A DNA stretch of 64,000 nt from Alphaproteobacteria bacterium. GTDB taxonomy: Bacteria; Pseudomonadota; Alphaproteobacteria; SP197. The notes beneath the pieces were generated by a model that did no database searches, was not told where the DNA came from, and saw only the letters and a list, made by a program, of their open reading frames with translations. The DNA is taken from NCBI GenBank assembly GCA_964291415.2, contig OZ219917.1, positions 512,001 to 576,000 of the forward strand, written 5' to 3'. Below are positions 1 to 9,265 of the stretch, piece after piece (the stretch's first letter is position 1; each line of letters begins with the position of its first letter). Both the position numbers and the translations under genes were made by a program.

Positions 1-366
1 TACGAGCTGACGGGAGAGATTCATGACTTCTATCACTGCCACTGCTCGATCTGCCGCAAGTGCCAGGGCGCGGTCTACCTCACCTATGCCAGCGTTGACC
101 GCTCGGGCTTCCGCCTGTTGGCAGGGGAGGAATCGCTGTCGACCTACCGGACATCGCCGGCCTTGAGGCGACGGTTTTGCCGTCACTGCGGGTGCCATGT
201 CTTCGGCGAGATGGGAGACGAGATCTCCCTCTCGGTGGGCACGCTCGATGACGGCGCCGATCCCGGGGGCCGCGAGGGCAGGGAACGGCACATCTTCTGG
301 GAGTCCCGGTGCGGCTGGTACGAACCCGACGACGCCTTCGAGAAGGCGACGGAGTTCGGATCATGA
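1..366 (+). CDS. GFA (CENP-V/glutathione-dependent formaldehyde-activating) family protein, 5'-truncated by window edge
   Basis: Frame 1 reads YELTGEIHDFYHCHCSICRK...RRFCRHCG, the CxCxxC and FCxxCG zinc motifs of the GFA family. Confidence 0.85.
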   Translation, partial: YELTGEIHDFYHCHCSICRKCQGAVYLTYASVDRSGFRLLAGEESLSTYRTSPALRRRFCRHCGCHVFGEMGDEISLSVGTLDDGADPGGREGRERHIFWESRCGWYEPDDAFEKATEFGS

Positions 367-764
367 TGCGGGGTGGCTGTCTGTGCGGCGCCGTGCGCTT
401 CGAGGTCGGCGCACCGGCGTCGGACCTCTACCACTGTCACTGCTCCATGTGCCGCAGGGTCCATGGCACGGCGTTTGCCACCTATGCGGTGGTGGCGCGT
501 TCGGCCATGACGCTGACGAAGGGCGAGGACATGCTCTCACGCTATGAGTCATCTCCTGGCGTCACGAGATCGTTCTGCCGGCGGTGCGGTTGCCAGATCG
601 CCATCGACGTTGCCTATCAGCCGGATGACCGCTGGTTCATGCCGGCGATCCTCGATGATCCGGTTCACCCCGGGGCCGGCAGCCGGGAGCGCCACATTTT
701 CGTCTCTTCGAAGCTGCCGTGGCTTCACCTTGACGACGTCCTCCCACAATCGGAGGAGGCCTGA
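363..764 (+). CDS. GFA family protein
   Basis: MRGGCLCGAVRF...HCHCSMCRR...RSFCRRCG...HIF; ATGA overlap with the upstream paralog. Confidence 0.9.
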   Translation: MMRGGCLCGAVRFEVGAPASDLYHCHCSMCRRVHGTAFATYAVVARSAMTLTKGEDMLSRYESSPGVTRSFCRRCGCQIAIDVAYQPDDRWFMPAILDDPVHPGAGSRERHIFVSSKLPWLHLDDVLPQSEEA

Positions 765-964
765 GGGCCTGGCCCGGGGCATCACGAACCTGCTTCGATG
801 AGACCGGCGTACCCGGCCTCACGGACATGGTTGCGACCGCCCGCGTGTTCGCCGGGACACTTCGACCTGGGGGAGCGGACACGGGTGCCGTCCGTCGGGC
901 TGTTGCTTGAGGCGCATGGGGGTTACCATTCCGGGATGCGTGCCGAGCTGGGACAGCTGCTGCC

Positions 965-1591
965 ATGAAGCCTGTCAAAGCGAGTTTCGTTGCCCTTGCG
1001 GTGACCCTGCTGATGGCAGGATGCGCCACCACTCCGCCCTCGCAGCAGGAAAATGTGTGCGCGATCTTCGAGCAGTATCCCGACTGGTACGACTACGCTC
1101 GCCTCTCGGCGAGCAAGTGGGGCACGCCGGTGGACATCCAGATGGCTTTCGTGCGCCACGAGTCAAGCTTCCAGTCCGACGCGCGCCCGCCGCGCGAGTG
1201 GCTCCTGTGGGTCATCCCCTGGGGGCGCGTTTCCTCGGCGAAGGGCTACGCACAGGCTCAGGACCCGGTGTGGTCGGAGTACGAGGCAGAGCGTGGCTGG
1301 CTGTTTCGAAGCCGTTCCGACATGGAGGACGCGCTCGACTTCATCGGATGGTACAACTACAAGACCTGGCGCGAACTGGACATTCCCCGCACCGACGCGT
1401 ACCGACTCTATCTCGCCTATCACGAAGGCCGGGGCGGCTACAGACGCGGCAGCTGGGAATCGAAGCCGGATGTGCAGCGCACCGCCGAGCGGGTCAGGGA
1501 TACGGCCCGCACCTACAAGTCGCAGCTCGCACAGTGCGAGGATCGCTATCGCTGCGATTCCTGGTATCAGGTCTGGCCCTTCTGCAGTTGA
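965..1591 (+). CDS. Transglycosylase SLT-like domain lipoprotein
   Basis: Lipobox LMAGC; HESSF catalytic Glu motif; SSAKGYAQA; YLAYHEG. Confidence 0.8.
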   Translation: MKPVKASFVALAVTLLMAGCATTPPSQQENVCAIFEQYPDWYDYARLSASKWGTPVDIQMAFVRHESSFQSDARPPREWLLWVIPWGRVSSAKGYAQAQDPVWSEYEAERGWLFRSRSDMEDALDFIGWYNYKTWRELDIPRTDAYRLYLAYHEGRGGYRRGSWESKPDVQRTAERVRDTARTYKSQLAQCEDRYRCDSWYQVWPFCS

Positions 1592-1860
1592 CGGAACGCC
1601 TCCAGGTTCGCAGCATTGCCCATCGCGCTGACGGGTTGAGGCGTCGATGCACCGCCCGAATGGAGCGGACCACCGGGACGCAGGCGAGGAATGGCACGCC
1701 GCTGACACCCCGTCCCCGCGGATCGCGTTGAAGACCTCGCGAGGGCCGGTGCGGCGTCGACGGCAACGGGGGAACACCGCACCCTCGGGGAGACCACTCA
1801 CATTCCGGATCAGGCCCTGGGACCCCTGACAGCGCGCTGCCGTTTCCGCAGCACGTGCGA

Positions 1861-2865
1861 TCATGCGGTCTGTGGCAGGCCCCGCATACGGTGCGTGTGC
1901 TTGATGGAGTCCTCGAAAGCCTTGAGGCGTTTGTAGATCGAGATGAGCTCGACGATGATTCCCCATGAGTTCACGAGGAACTGGAAGGACGATTCAACGC
2001 GATCGAAGGCCCGCAGGATCTGCTGCAGGACGCCCAGCGTGATGATGCCGGCCACGATGGTGGGTCCCATCATGATGTAGGGCACGATCACCGAGAACTG
2101 GAGGTAGGACCACTTCGCGATGTCGAAGTAGAGGTAGTGCTTGAACAGGCGGAAGTAGTTCTTGCGCACGTTGGCAAAGAGCTCCACGACGGATTCCGGC
2201 TGCGCCCTGTCTTCGTGGTCCTCGCCGAACACCAGCTCCTTGCGGTAGGCGGCCTCCACCTTCTGGTTGTTGAATTCAAGACCGGGAAGCTTGATGCCGA
2301 CGATGGCGAGAAGAACGGTGCCGGCCGCCGCCGAAACGATGGCAAGCCAGACGAGCGAATGATCGACGGCGCCGATCCAGGGGAGTTCGGTGACGTGTTC
2401 GCTCAGCGACCACAGCAGCGGCAGGAAGGCAACGAGCGTCATCACCGAGCGCATGAAGGCCACGCCCAGACCCTCGACGATGCGGGCAAACCGCATGGTG
2501 TCCTCCTGGACACGCTGCGCCGCTCCTTCGATGTGCCGCACCTCGTGCCAGTAGGACATGTAGTAGTCGTTCATCGCCGTCCGCCAGCGGAACACGAAGT
2601 GACGCACGAAGAACTCGAGAAGCACGGCGACGACGATGTAGATGCCGGCAATTTCGGCGAAGGTGAAACACTTTCCGAGAAAGTCGGAGAACTCGATGGC
2701 CCCCGGTTCGGTCAGCGCGATCTGCAGGGTGTCGTAGAAGTCGCCGAACCACTCGTTGATCTTGACATCGAGCTGGACCTTGTACCAGGTGACGGCGAGA
2801 ATCGTGACGCTGCCGAGGATCGACCAGTGCAGCCAGCGCCGATTGGCAAAGAATGACCGGAACAT
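1861..2865 (-). CDS. sbmA: SbmA/BacA-family peptide transporter
   Basis: INEWFGDFYD, FRWRTAMNDYY, IEGAAQRVQEDTMRF, QKVEAAYRKELV and ELISIYKRL motifs; start placed at MFRSFF. Confidence 0.9.
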   Translation of the reverse strand: MFRSFFANRRWLHWSILGSVTILAVTWYKVQLDVKINEWFGDFYDTLQIALTEPGAIEFSDFLGKCFTFAEIAGIYIVVAVLLEFFVRHFVFRWRTAMNDYYMSYWHEVRHIEGAAQRVQEDTMRFARIVEGLGVAFMRSVMTLVAFLPLLWSLSEHVTELPWIGAVDHSLVWLAIVSAAAGTVLLAIVGIKLPGLEFNNQKVEAAYRKELVFGEDHEDRAQPESVVELFANVRKNYFRLFKHYLYFDIAKWSYLQFSVIVPYIMMGPTIVAGIITLGVLQQILRAFDRVESSFQFLVNSWGIIVELISIYKRLKAFEDSIKHTHRMRGLPQTA

Positions 2866-2929
2866 GCATCGTCCCCTTCGCGTTCGTGTCGGGCGGGGAG
2901 ATACCATGATCAGGCGAGACGGCACACGG

Positions 2930-4576
2930 ATGGATGGACCCTGGCCCATCGACATGTTCACGCCGCCGGCGGATCGCCGGCCCTGCCGCCATCCCTTCAA
3001 CGGCGTCCTCGCCATCGACGGATCTGCGCTGGCGGCCAGCGACGCCTCGGCGCACGCCGACTTTGCCCTGGGTGGCGGCGTGACCCGGTTTCCTGGCGTC
3101 AGTCTCGCATTCCGGACGGACGGCAATGACCTCCTGCCGGTGCACAGGGTGCTGCACCGCCGGCCCGATCCGCAGAGTTACTGGGACATCATGGTTGGCG
3201 AGGGGTGTATCTGGAGGGGTGACGGTCCCTGCGATGTCGCATCGTTTCCTTTCCAGCTTTCGTGCGAGAGAGAGAACGACAGCCACCACGGGGTCGCCCG
3301 ATTCGCCTGGGACGGGGAGAGGGTGCGCGATCTTGTTGTTCAGGTGGTGACCGAAACACTCCCCGATCACGTTCCCGAACGTCTCGATCTGTGGGGTGTG
3401 GCAGAGGCGTCGTTCATCGAGGCGGCAAGGCCGCTGGCCGCTCCGGACCGCCACCATCCGATGCCAATTCACGACATTGCCGAGATCGCGCCTGCGGACA
3501 TGCTCGAGGCGCTGCTGGACGATCCGATGCGCGAGAGCGAGATTACCAGCGGCCTCGTGATCGACGGGCACATCTACACGACGGGGTTCGCCACGCGGCG
3601 CGGGCCCTACCCGTTTCCCCACGCGATGCGCTTTGGCATCTGGTCGGCCACCAAGGCGGCATTCGCCACCACCGCTCTCATGCGCCTGGCCCATCACCTT
3701 GGTCCCGGAGTTGCCGAGACCCGCATCGTCGATGTCCTCGACGTCACGGCGGATCACGACGGCTGGCGCGATGTCACGATCCGTCACTGTCTTTCCATGG
3801 CGACCGGTATCGGCACCGCGGGCGAAACCGGCGACATCCACGCCGACAATCTCACCGGACCGGAGTACGCCTCGGCAGACGGACCGGACGGCGCCTGTTA
3901 CCGCGCCTATCAGAGCTGGTACGCCGCCCGCAGCCGCGCGGACAAGCTCCGCGAGGCGTTCCGTGTGCCGTCCTATCCCTGGGGACCGGGCGTCGTGGCG
4001 CGCTACCGGGATCAGGACCTCTTCGTTGCCGGCGCGGCCATGGATGCGGTGTGGAAGCACAACCGTGGTCCGGATGCCGATCTCTTCGCCATGGTCGAGC
4101 ACGAGGTGCTGCGCCCCATTGGATGTGGTCCGGTGGACATCAACCGCACCCTCGAGGAGGACGGCGCCAGAAGTGTACCGGTCACCGCCTTCGGCCTCTT
4201 CCTCGGCCTTGACGACGTGGGGCGGCTGGGACGGTTGCTGTCGAATGGCGGACGTCACGAGGGGACGCAACTGCTGGAACCGTCCCTGGTGCGCGAATGT
4301 CTCGACGGCGCCATGACGAAAGGGTTGCCGACGGGGACGCTCACCGCCGACGGGAACGACATCACCTATCACCTTGCCTGGTGGCAGCTGCCGCTCGTCA
4401 CCCGGTCCGGTCGGACCATGAGAATCGCCACCATGCGGGGCTTTGGCGGTCAGATCATCCAGCCCCTGGCCAACGGCATCACCTGTTTCCGCTTCGCCCA
4501 CGACAGCGCGGCCAGCCAGGAGCGCTACGACGCCCTGATGCTGCCGCGTCTCGCCGACGCCCTGCGCGGGCTGTGA
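2930..4576 (+). CDS. Serine hydrolase, beta-lactamase/class C-like fold with N-terminal extension
   Basis: SxxK (WSATK), TIRHCLSMATG, PG..ARYRD, and C-terminal MRGFGGQ; start uncertain. Confidence 0.7.
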   Translation: MDGPWPIDMFTPPADRRPCRHPFNGVLAIDGSALAASDASAHADFALGGGVTRFPGVSLAFRTDGNDLLPVHRVLHRRPDPQSYWDIMVGEGCIWRGDGPCDVASFPFQLSCERENDSHHGVARFAWDGERVRDLVVQVVTETLPDHVPERLDLWGVAEASFIEAARPLAAPDRHHPMPIHDIAEIAPADMLEALLDDPMRESEITSGLVIDGHIYTTGFATRRGPYPFPHAMRFGIWSATKAAFATTALMRLAHHLGPGVAETRIVDVLDVTADHDGWRDVTIRHCLSMATGIGTAGETGDIHADNLTGPEYASADGPDGACYRAYQSWYAARSRADKLREAFRVPSYPWGPGVVARYRDQDLFVAGAAMDAVWKHNRGPDADLFAMVEHEVLRPIGCGPVDINRTLEEDGARSVPVTAFGLFLGLDDVGRLGRLLSNGGRHEGTQLLEPSLVRECLDGAMTKGLPTGTLTADGNDITYHLAWWQLPLVTRSGRTMRIATMRGFGGQIIQPLANGITCFRFAHDSAASQERYDALMLPRLADALRGL

Positions 4577-4585
4577 CGCGAGGGA

Positions 4586-5404
4586 TCAGGGTCGGGCGTT
4601 GGGAAAGAAGAGCTGCCTTCCGTCGATGCGGTAGGAGGCGATTGAAGCCTGGCCCGACGGCGAAACGAGCCAGTCGACGAAAAGGCGTGCCTCCTCTTCG
4701 CGGACATGGGGAAAGCGCTCCGGATTCACCACTGTCACGCCGTACTGGTTGAAGAGATTCTCGTCGCCCTCGACAAGAAGGGCGAGATCGCCGCGGTTCT
4801 GGAAGGCGATCCATGTGGCCCGGTCCGTCAGGGTGTAGGCGCCGACGTTGGCGGCCACGTTGAGAGTGGCGCCCATGCCCGAGCCGGTCTCGAGATACCA
4901 CGAACCGCTGTGCGCCGTGGGGTCGAAACCCGCGGTGCGCCACAACGCCATTTCCTTCTTGTGGGTGCCGGAGTCGTCGCCACGGGAGGCGAAGGGAAGG
5001 CCCTCGCGTGCGATCTCCATGAACGCGGCGCCGGCGTCGGCGACGCCGGCCACACCCGCCGGATCGGAAGCGGGGCCGACAATCACGAAATCGTTGTACA
5101 TCAGGTCGAACCGCTCGACGCCGTAGCCGCCGGCGACGAACTCCTCCTCGGCATCGCGGGCATGCACGAGCAGGACATCGCCGTCCCCGTTCATGGAGTT
5201 GCGGATGGCCTGTCCGGTGCCTACGGCCACGACCTTGACGAGGATGCCCGTCGCATCGCTGAATTCGGGAAGGATGTGATCGAAGAGACCGGAATTCTGG
5301 GTCGAGGTCGTCGACTGGACGATGATGGACCTGTCGTCAGCGGTCACGCTGCCGGTGATGAGGCCGAGGACGGCCACGGCACATGCGAAGAACCTTGACA
5401 TCAT
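4586..5404 (-). CDS. tupA: Tungstate ABC transporter substrate-binding protein
   Basis: STTSTQNSGL, VAVGTGQA, MYNDFVIVGP and SRGDDSGTH, all TupA signatures. Confidence 0.9.
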   Translation of the reverse strand: MMSRFFACAVAVLGLITGSVTADDRSIIVQSTTSTQNSGLFDHILPEFSDATGILVKVVAVGTGQAIRNSMNGDGDVLLVHARDAEEEFVAGGYGVERFDLMYNDFVIVGPASDPAGVAGVADAGAAFMEIAREGLPFASRGDDSGTHKKEMALWRTAGFDPTAHSGSWYLETGSGMGATLNVAANVGAYTLTDRATWIAFQNRGDLALLVEGDENLFNQYGVTVVNPERFPHVREEEARLFVDWLVSPSGQASIASYRIDGRQLFFPNARP

Positions 5405-5430
5405 CACGGGATCCTTCCGGCTCGGCAGAT

Positions 5431-6165
5431 TCAGGCGACCAGGCGACCCTCGACAAAGGCCTGGGCCCGTTTCGTGGGGGGATTGGAAAAGAAGAGCGGG
5501 GCGTCGCTGTCCGCCTCGAGAATTCCGCCGTGAAGGTAGAGGATGCGGTCGGCCAGGCGGCGCGCCTGGGCAAGGTCGTGGGTCACGAGGAGAATGGGCG
5601 TGCCGTCGTCCCGTGCCTTGTGCACCAGATCCTCGATCGCCAGGCTCGAACCCGGATCGAGGTTGGCGGTTGCCTCGTCGAGCAGCAGGGCGTCCGGGGA
5701 TGTCGCCATGGCGCGGACAAGTGCGAGCCTCTGCTGTTCCCCTCCCGAGAGTGCCTGGGCCGGGGTCCGCGACCTTGCCTCGAGCCCGGCCGTCACCAGC
5801 GCTTCCATGGCGCGCTGGCGCTGCTCCCGGCGGGGTACGCCGGCGGCCTGGAGGGCAAAGCGGATATTGGCCAGCGCCGTGCGGTTCAGCATGACCGGGT
5901 GATGGAAGACAACACCGAGCCTGACGGCCCGCGGGCGGTCCGGTGGACGACCGTTCCACGTTACATCGCCGCGGTCCGGTTCGACGAGACCCGCCAGCAT
6001 GCGCACCAGGAGGCTCTTGCCGGCGCCATTGGGCCCCAGCAACACCGCGATTTCAGGTCGGGAGATGGTGACGCTGACATCATCGACAACCGGCCGCGTC
6101 CCCCGCATGAGACAGAGGTTCCGGCCAACCAGCGGCAGCACCTTTCCATCTCTTCGGTCATGCAA
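5431..6165 (-). CDS. tupC: Tungstate ABC transporter ATP-binding protein (start uncertain)
   Basis: GPNGAGKS Walker A, LSGGEQQR, LLDEATANLDP; lies between tupB and tupA. Confidence 0.85.
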   Translation of the reverse strand: MHDRRDGKVLPLVGRNLCLMRGTRPVVDDVSVTISRPEIAVLLGPNGAGKSLLVRMLAGLVEPDRGDVTWNGRPPDRPRAVRLGVVFHHPVMLNRTALANIRFALQAAGVPRREQRQRAMEALVTAGLEARSRTPAQALSGGEQQRLALVRAMATSPDALLLDEATANLDPGSSLAIEDLVHKARDDGTPILLVTHDLAQARRLADRILYLHGGILEADSDAPLFFSNPPTKRAQAFVEGRLVA

Positions 6166-6865
6166 GGCGCGGGTTCCTCGCGAACGTGTTGAGCAGTCCG
6201 GCAAGACCGTTGATGATGAGGATGATCGTCAGCAACACGATCCCCAGGCCCAGGGCGAGGTCGAGAGCGCCGCGCGAGGTTTCCAGAGTGATGGTCGTGG
6301 TCATCACCCGGGTGACATGATTGATGTTGCCGCCGACCATGATGACGGCGCCAACCTCTGCGATGGCCCTGCCGAACCCGGCAAGCACCACGGTGACGAG
6401 ACTGAATCGCGCCTCCCACAGCAAGGTGAAGGCGGTCGTACCCCTGCCCAGGCCGAAGGCGCGGAACTGTTCGTCATAGCGACGATGAAGGTCCTCGATG
6501 ACCTGGCGGGTCAGGGCGGCGACGATGGGCGTGACGAGCACCGTCTGGGCGATGATCATGGCCTCGGGCGTATAGAGCAGACCCCAGTCGCCCAGGGGCC
6601 CGGCCCTCGACAGCAGAAGATAGATGGCCAGGCCGGCAACCACGGGCGGCAGGCCCATGAAGGCATTCATCACGGTGATGAGGGCGCCGCGCCCCGGGAA
6701 TCGCGAGATGGCCGTTGTCGCGCCGACCGGAAGACCGATCAGCATGGCGAAGAACACTGCGAAGAGACTGACCCGCAGCGACATGAGGATGATCTCGACG
6801 AGATCGCGGTCGAGGGTCGTGATCAGGCGAAGGGCTTCCGTGAAGGCGTCGCTGGTATCCTGCAT
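6158..6865 (-). CDS. tupB: Tungstate ABC transporter permease
   Basis: MGLPPVVAGL, LSRAGPLG, FGRAIAEVGAVIMVGGNI and TRVMTT motifs. Confidence 0.9.
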   Translation of the reverse strand: MQDTSDAFTEALRLITTLDRDLVEIILMSLRVSLFAVFFAMLIGLPVGATTAISRFPGRGALITVMNAFMGLPPVVAGLAIYLLLSRAGPLGDWGLLYTPEAMIIAQTVLVTPIVAALTRQVIEDLHRRYDEQFRAFGLGRGTTAFTLLWEARFSLVTVVLAGFGRAIAEVGAVIMVGGNINHVTRVMTTTITLETSRGALDLALGLGIVLLTIILIINGLAGLLNTFARNPRLA

Positions 6866-6932
6866 GGTGATGGTTCGCACGGTGTATCGGTGAGGCAGGG
6901 CGTGTCCGGTGGGACGACCTGCAAGAAGGGTG

Positions 6933-7006
6933 TGGTTGGGGCGCCAGGATTCGAACCTGGGGTCACGGGACCAAAACCCGTTGCCTTACCGCTTGGCCAC
7001 GCCCCA
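6933..7006 (-). tRNA. tRNA-Gln(TTG)
   Basis: Reverse strand TGGGGCGTGGCCAAGCGGTAAGGC-ACGGG TTTTGGT CCCGT-...GGTTCGAATCC...CCCCAACCA. Confidence 0.95.
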
Positions 7007-7070
7007 GCCGGCTTCCTATAAACCGGAAAGCACAGGAGTGCGCAACCGCGGGCCGGGAACAAGGGCCCGG

Positions 7071-8405
7071 TCAGGCGAGGACAATTCTCTCGCGGTTGCG
7101 GCGAACAGCTCGGGTCGCATTGCGCGTATCGACCACCAGCGGCACGGCCGCCACGAGGGCATCGTAGTCGATGCAGTCGTGGTCGGTGACGATCAACGCC
7201 GCGTCGTGGATGCCTTCCGCGACGTCGGTCCACGCCAGACTCCGCCGCCCGGCCAGCCCGGCGTGGGCGCGCGTGGCGGGAATGGTGCCGATGAAGGGAT
7301 CGAAGAAGGACACCGCAGCTCCCCTTGACTCAAGCAGTGCCATCAGCGTCAGGCCAGGACTCTCGCGGCTGTCATCGACGTTCTTCTTGTAGGCCATGCC
7401 GACGATGAGAATTGCCGCGCCATTGAGACCGCGGTGAAACCGGTGATCGATCTCGCCGGCGAGCCTGGAGACGATGTGGTGCGGCATCGAGGTGTTGATC
7501 TCTCCCGCAAGCTCGATGAACCGGGTGGGTACGCCGTACTCCCGCGCCTTCCAGGCGAGGTAAAACGGGTCGATGGGGATGCAGTGTCCGCCTAGCCCCG
7601 GGCCGGGCCAGAAGGGCATGTAGCCAAAGGGCTTTGTGCTGGCGGCCTCGATCACGTCCCAGACACTGATACCCATGGCATCGAAGATCACCTTGAGTTC
7701 GTTGACGAGGGCGATGTTGACGGAGCGATAGATGTTCTCGGTGAGCTTGATGGCTTCAGCGGTTCTCGTGTCCGGAACGACAACGGTTCCGGCGGGAATG
7801 AAGGATTCGTAAAAGGCCGCGGCGGCCGCCCGCGCCAGGTCTTGATCACCGCCGACGATCTTGGGCACTGTTCCGAGGCGATGGGTCGTGTTCCCCGGAT
7901 CGTCGCGTTCGGGTGAGTAGGCGAGAAGAAAGTCCACTCCCGACACCAGGCCACCGTCCTCGAGAATTGGTCGCACCAGCTCATCGGTCGTTCCGGGCCA
8001 GGTGGTCGATTCAAGAATGACGAGATGTCCGGGAGCCAGGATCGACGCGACGCTGTGAGAAGTGTCCTCCACATGGCGCATGTCCGGTTGCCGGTGGCGG
8101 TCCAGGGGTGTGGGAACGCAGATGACAATGATGTCGGCAGCGCCGAGATCGCTCACGGTGCTGGTGCCGAGGAATCGCGGAGACGCAGCAAGTTCGCTGA
8201 CCGCGACGGCATCGATGTAGTTGATGTAGCTCGTGCCGGCGGCGAGGTGCGTGATCTTGGCGGGATCCGTGTCGAAGCCGGTGACGCGAAACCCGCTCCC
8301 ATGGGCGGCCAGGGCGAGGGGAAGACCGACATAGCCCAGGCCGATGACAGCGACATGGGCATCGCGTGCGGCGATGCGCGCGGTGAGGTCTGCGACGGGG
8401 TTCAT
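7071..8405 (-). CDS. Nucleotide sugar dehydrogenase (UDP-GlcNAc/ManNAc 6-dehydrogenase, WbpA/WecC family)
   Basis: GLGYVGLP, ICVPTP, LESTTWPGTT, PGPGLGGHCIPIDP and AYKKNVDDSRESP. Confidence 0.9.
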   Translation of the reverse strand: MNPVADLTARIAARDAHVAVIGLGYVGLPLALAAHGSGFRVTGFDTDPAKITHLAAGTSYINYIDAVAVSELAASPRFLGTSTVSDLGAADIIVICVPTPLDRHRQPDMRHVEDTSHSVASILAPGHLVILESTTWPGTTDELVRPILEDGGLVSGVDFLLAYSPERDDPGNTTHRLGTVPKIVGGDQDLARAAAAAFYESFIPAGTVVVPDTRTAEAIKLTENIYRSVNIALVNELKVIFDAMGISVWDVIEAASTKPFGYMPFWPGPGLGGHCIPIDPFYLAWKAREYGVPTRFIELAGEINTSMPHHIVSRLAGEIDHRFHRGLNGAAILIVGMAYKKNVDDSRESPGLTLMALLESRGAAVSFFDPFIGTIPATRAHAGLAGRRSLAWTDVAEGIHDAALIVTDHDCIDYDALVAAVPLVVDTRNATRAVRRNRERIVLA

Positions 8406-9265
8406 GGCCCCTCCCGGGGCTGCGTGAGGATGGTCGTGGTCTCGATCCACCAATCGGGGTGGTGACGCCGCAGCAGGCTCGCCGCGCGATCGGCCTGCTG
8501 CAGGGTGTCGGCGAGGCCGAAACATGTGGCGCCGGTGCCGGTCATGCGGGCGAGAGCTACTCCCGGGGTGGCGCGCAGTGCGTCGATGACGTCGGATATC
8601 CCGGGGTCGGCGCGGCAGGCCGCGGGTTCGAGATCGTTCCGTCGTGTCGCCAGCTCCCGAACCAGGTCATCAAAGTTCTCCGGCGTACGGGTCAGGGGCC
8701 GGGGCGCCGACAGGGGCTCCTCGAAACCGGCGAAGACCCTTGCCGTGGAGAGCGCAGTCCCGGGATTGACGAGAACGAGGGCGCACGCGGGAAGTGGTTC
8801 CATGGGCGTGACGACGTCGCCGGTCCCTGCAGTCATGACCGTGCCGTCATGAAGACAGGAAGGAACGTCGGCGCCGAGCGTTGCCGCGATGGCCGGAAGA
8901 TTGTCGGTCAGGCCCGAGACTGCCCGCAGCGTGGCGGCGGCGTCGGCCGAACCTCCTCCCAGGCCCGAGGCGACAGGAATGTTCTTTTCCAGAACGATGC
9001 GGAATGCCCTTGTCGGCGCGACGGCCGCGACCGCCCGCGTCACCAGGTTCCGAGATCCGTCCAGGTCCTTCAAGGCTGCGGAAAAGCGTCCGGTCACCTT
9101 GAGCGCCGTGGACTCTGCCGGAGTGAACCACAGGCGGTCGGCCAGAGAGGTGCGCACATGCAGGCTGTCCAGACTGTGGTAACCGTTGGCCAGGCGCCCG
9201 GTCACGTGAAGCCACAGGTTGACCTTGGCATGGGCCGGGACCGCCCTTTCACTGACCATCGTCAT
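8402..9265 (-). CDS. ispE: 4-(cytidine 5'-diphospho)-2-C-methyl-D-erythritol kinase
   Basis: AKVNLWLHV, KNIPVASGLGGGSADAA, LGADVP, RNDLE and MTGTGATCF. Confidence 0.92.
   Translation of the reverse strand: MTMVSERAVPAHAKVNLWLHVTGRLANGYHSLDSLHVRTSLADRLWFTPAESTALKVTGRFSAALKDLDGSRNLVTRAVAAVAPTRAFRIVLEKNIPVASGLGGGSADAAATLRAVSGLTDNLPAIAATLGADVPSCLHDGTVMTAGTGDVVTPMEPLPACALVLVNPGTALSTARVFAGFEEPLSAPRPLTRTPENFDDLVRELATRRNDLEPAACRADPGISDVIDALRATPGVALARMTGTGATCFGLADTLQQADRAASLLRRHHPDWWIETTTILTQPREGP

Noticed and set aside
2276-4501. Long antisense ORFs (e.g. 741 aa here; also 23922-25793, 39911-41452, 43773-45590 and 54333-56288)
   Set aside because: Shadow frames of real high-GC genes, with no recognisable motifs.
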